Origin: Deltaproteobacteria bacterium
GTDB lineage: Bacteria; Desulfobacterota; Desulfobacteria; Desulfobacterales; ETH-SRB1
Assembly: GCA_030262775.1 (NCBI GenBank)
Contig: JAJSZP010000001.1
Location: forward strand, 1-47,092
DNA: 47,092 nucleotides
Reading direction: 5' to 3'
Part shown: in pieces, positions 46,170 through 47,092 of the stretch
How the letters are laid out: each line of letters opens with the position of its first letter
Position numbering within the stretch: the first letter of the stretch is position 1
Notes under the pieces: generated by a model
Seen by the model: only the letters and a program-made list of their open reading frames with translations
Database searches by the model: none
What the model was told of the DNA's origin: nothing
Translations under genes and position numbers: made by a program

Positions 46170-47092
46170 TTATTCCAACTCACGTCTCATTTCCATATCA
46201 TAGAGAACTCTTTCCTGTGTTTCCTGGATACCCAGAGCCTCCCGCCCTTTTTCAATACGATGGATCATCAATTGAGCCATCTTTACCGGATCGGATTCAA
46301 CCGCCCACATTCCACCGTACAGTTCTTCAAATTCTTTGAACAGAAAATCAGTTAAAATCTTGCTTCCTGTTGTTGGAAATGTTCTCCCAAATACTACAAA
46401 AACGCCGCTTGCTACAAAATAGTGCCCGATTGATATGGCTTTTTCGCTCATCCACTCCGGCGCACAGCCGGCTGCAGGCACCTGGCAAATATCGTCACCA
46501 AGTCCTCCCTCACGAACAATCTCTGTTGCAGCCATCAGGATCCGACTGTTGTCCACACATGATCCCATGTGCAATACCGGCGGCAGGCCCACAGTCTCGC
46601 AGACCTCTCTCAAGCCAGGTCCTGCCAGCTCTGCAGCTTCAGGAGTCAGAAGTCCGGCACGCCCGCATGCAGTAGCGGCACAGCCAGTGACAAGTACGAG
46701 GACATTGTTGGCTATCAACTCCTTTACCACCGTGGTATGTACGTAACCTGAACGAACGCGCATACTGTCACAGCCTACAACTGCACCGATCCCTCTAATT
46801 CTGCCGTTTATAATATTGTCATTCAAGGGACGATATGAAGCGCGAAAAGTGCCTCCCAGCATATGATTGATGGTTTCTTGACTGAATCCTGCCACAATAT
46901 CCATTTTGTTTTGCGGGATATTGACCTCTCCTCTCTGCGGGAATCTGTCAATTGCGCGCTGAATGATCTGTCGTGCTGTGTCCACTGCATTATGATGATG
47001 CACCTCTATATGTTCAGCGCCCGGAATCCGAGCCCTGTCGGAAGTAGTAATCACCTCGGTGTGGAAACATCCGGCTACAACTGGCAGAGACT
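46170..47092 (-). CDS. cooS: Carbon monoxide dehydrogenase catalytic subunit, C-terminal part (5' end outside the window)
   Basis: The frame stays open to the window edge (...SLPVVAGCFHTEVITTSDRA...). CooS/AcsA motifs are present: VVGCDS, LVTGCAATACG, HMGSCVDNSR. Confidence 0.9.
   Translation of the reverse strand, partial: SLPVVAGCFHTEVITTSDRARIPGAEHIEVHHHNAVDTARQIIQRAIDRFPQRGEVNIPQNKMDIVAGFSQETINHMLGGTFRASYRPLNDNIINGRIRGIGAVVGCDSMRVRSGYVHTTVVKELIANNVLVLVTGCAATACGRAGLLTPEAAELAGPGLREVCETVGLPPVLHMGSCVDNSRILMAATEIVREGGLGDDICQVPAAGCAPEWMSEKAISIGHYFVASGVFVVFGRTFPTTGSKILTDFLFKEFEELYGGMWAVESDPVKMAQLMIHRIEKGREALGIQETQERVLYDMEMRRELE

Overview
The window looks like it comes from a strictly anaerobic bacterium, best fitting a Desulfobacterales-type sulfate reducer. 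That assignment is inferred from gene content, not proven. There are three blocks. (1) 1-19.1 kb is a cell-envelope glycosylation and polysaccharide locus. It holds two tandem TMTC-like GT-C/TPR paralogs, an ArnT/PMT-like GT-C, a polyprenol-phosphate GT2, and several GT4/GT2/GT9 enzymes. It also holds a pyruvyl transferase, a methyltransferase, a Glf-like flavoprotein and a Wzx flippase. The AT-rich core of this block is littered with gene remnants and a MITE-like element. (2) 19.1-23.8 kb carries a truncated DUF4143 ATPase remnant, a FIST protein overlapping a PAS hybrid histidine kinase, and a divergent TPR lipoprotein. (3) 23.9-47.1 kb is one long minus-strand Wood-Ljungdahl / CODH-ACS gene string. 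Its order is cooS(partial)-hdrA(Sec)-mvhD(Sec)-[DUF4160/DUF2442 cassette]-hdrC::fdx::mvhD-hdrC::gltD-like-metV-hdrA-mvhD-metF-acsD-acsB-acsC-acsE-fdhA(Sec, GltD-fused). Three ORF pairs that the track shows as split are single selenoprotein genes. Each has an in-frame TGA at a canonical Cys/Sec position, followed by a hairpin with a GGU-containing loop. Other points worth follow-up: a DUF4160/DUF2442 pair of unknown function sits inside the operon and is bracketed by a 14-nt inverted repeat. Every longer intergenic spacer of the operon carries its own short tandem repeat, including (GCCTACT)x10 and a canonical G-quadruplex motif. The locus has Hdr/Mvh/GltD-like modules but no HdrB, in parallel Sec and Cys versions. 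No rRNA, tRNA or CRISPR array was seen.
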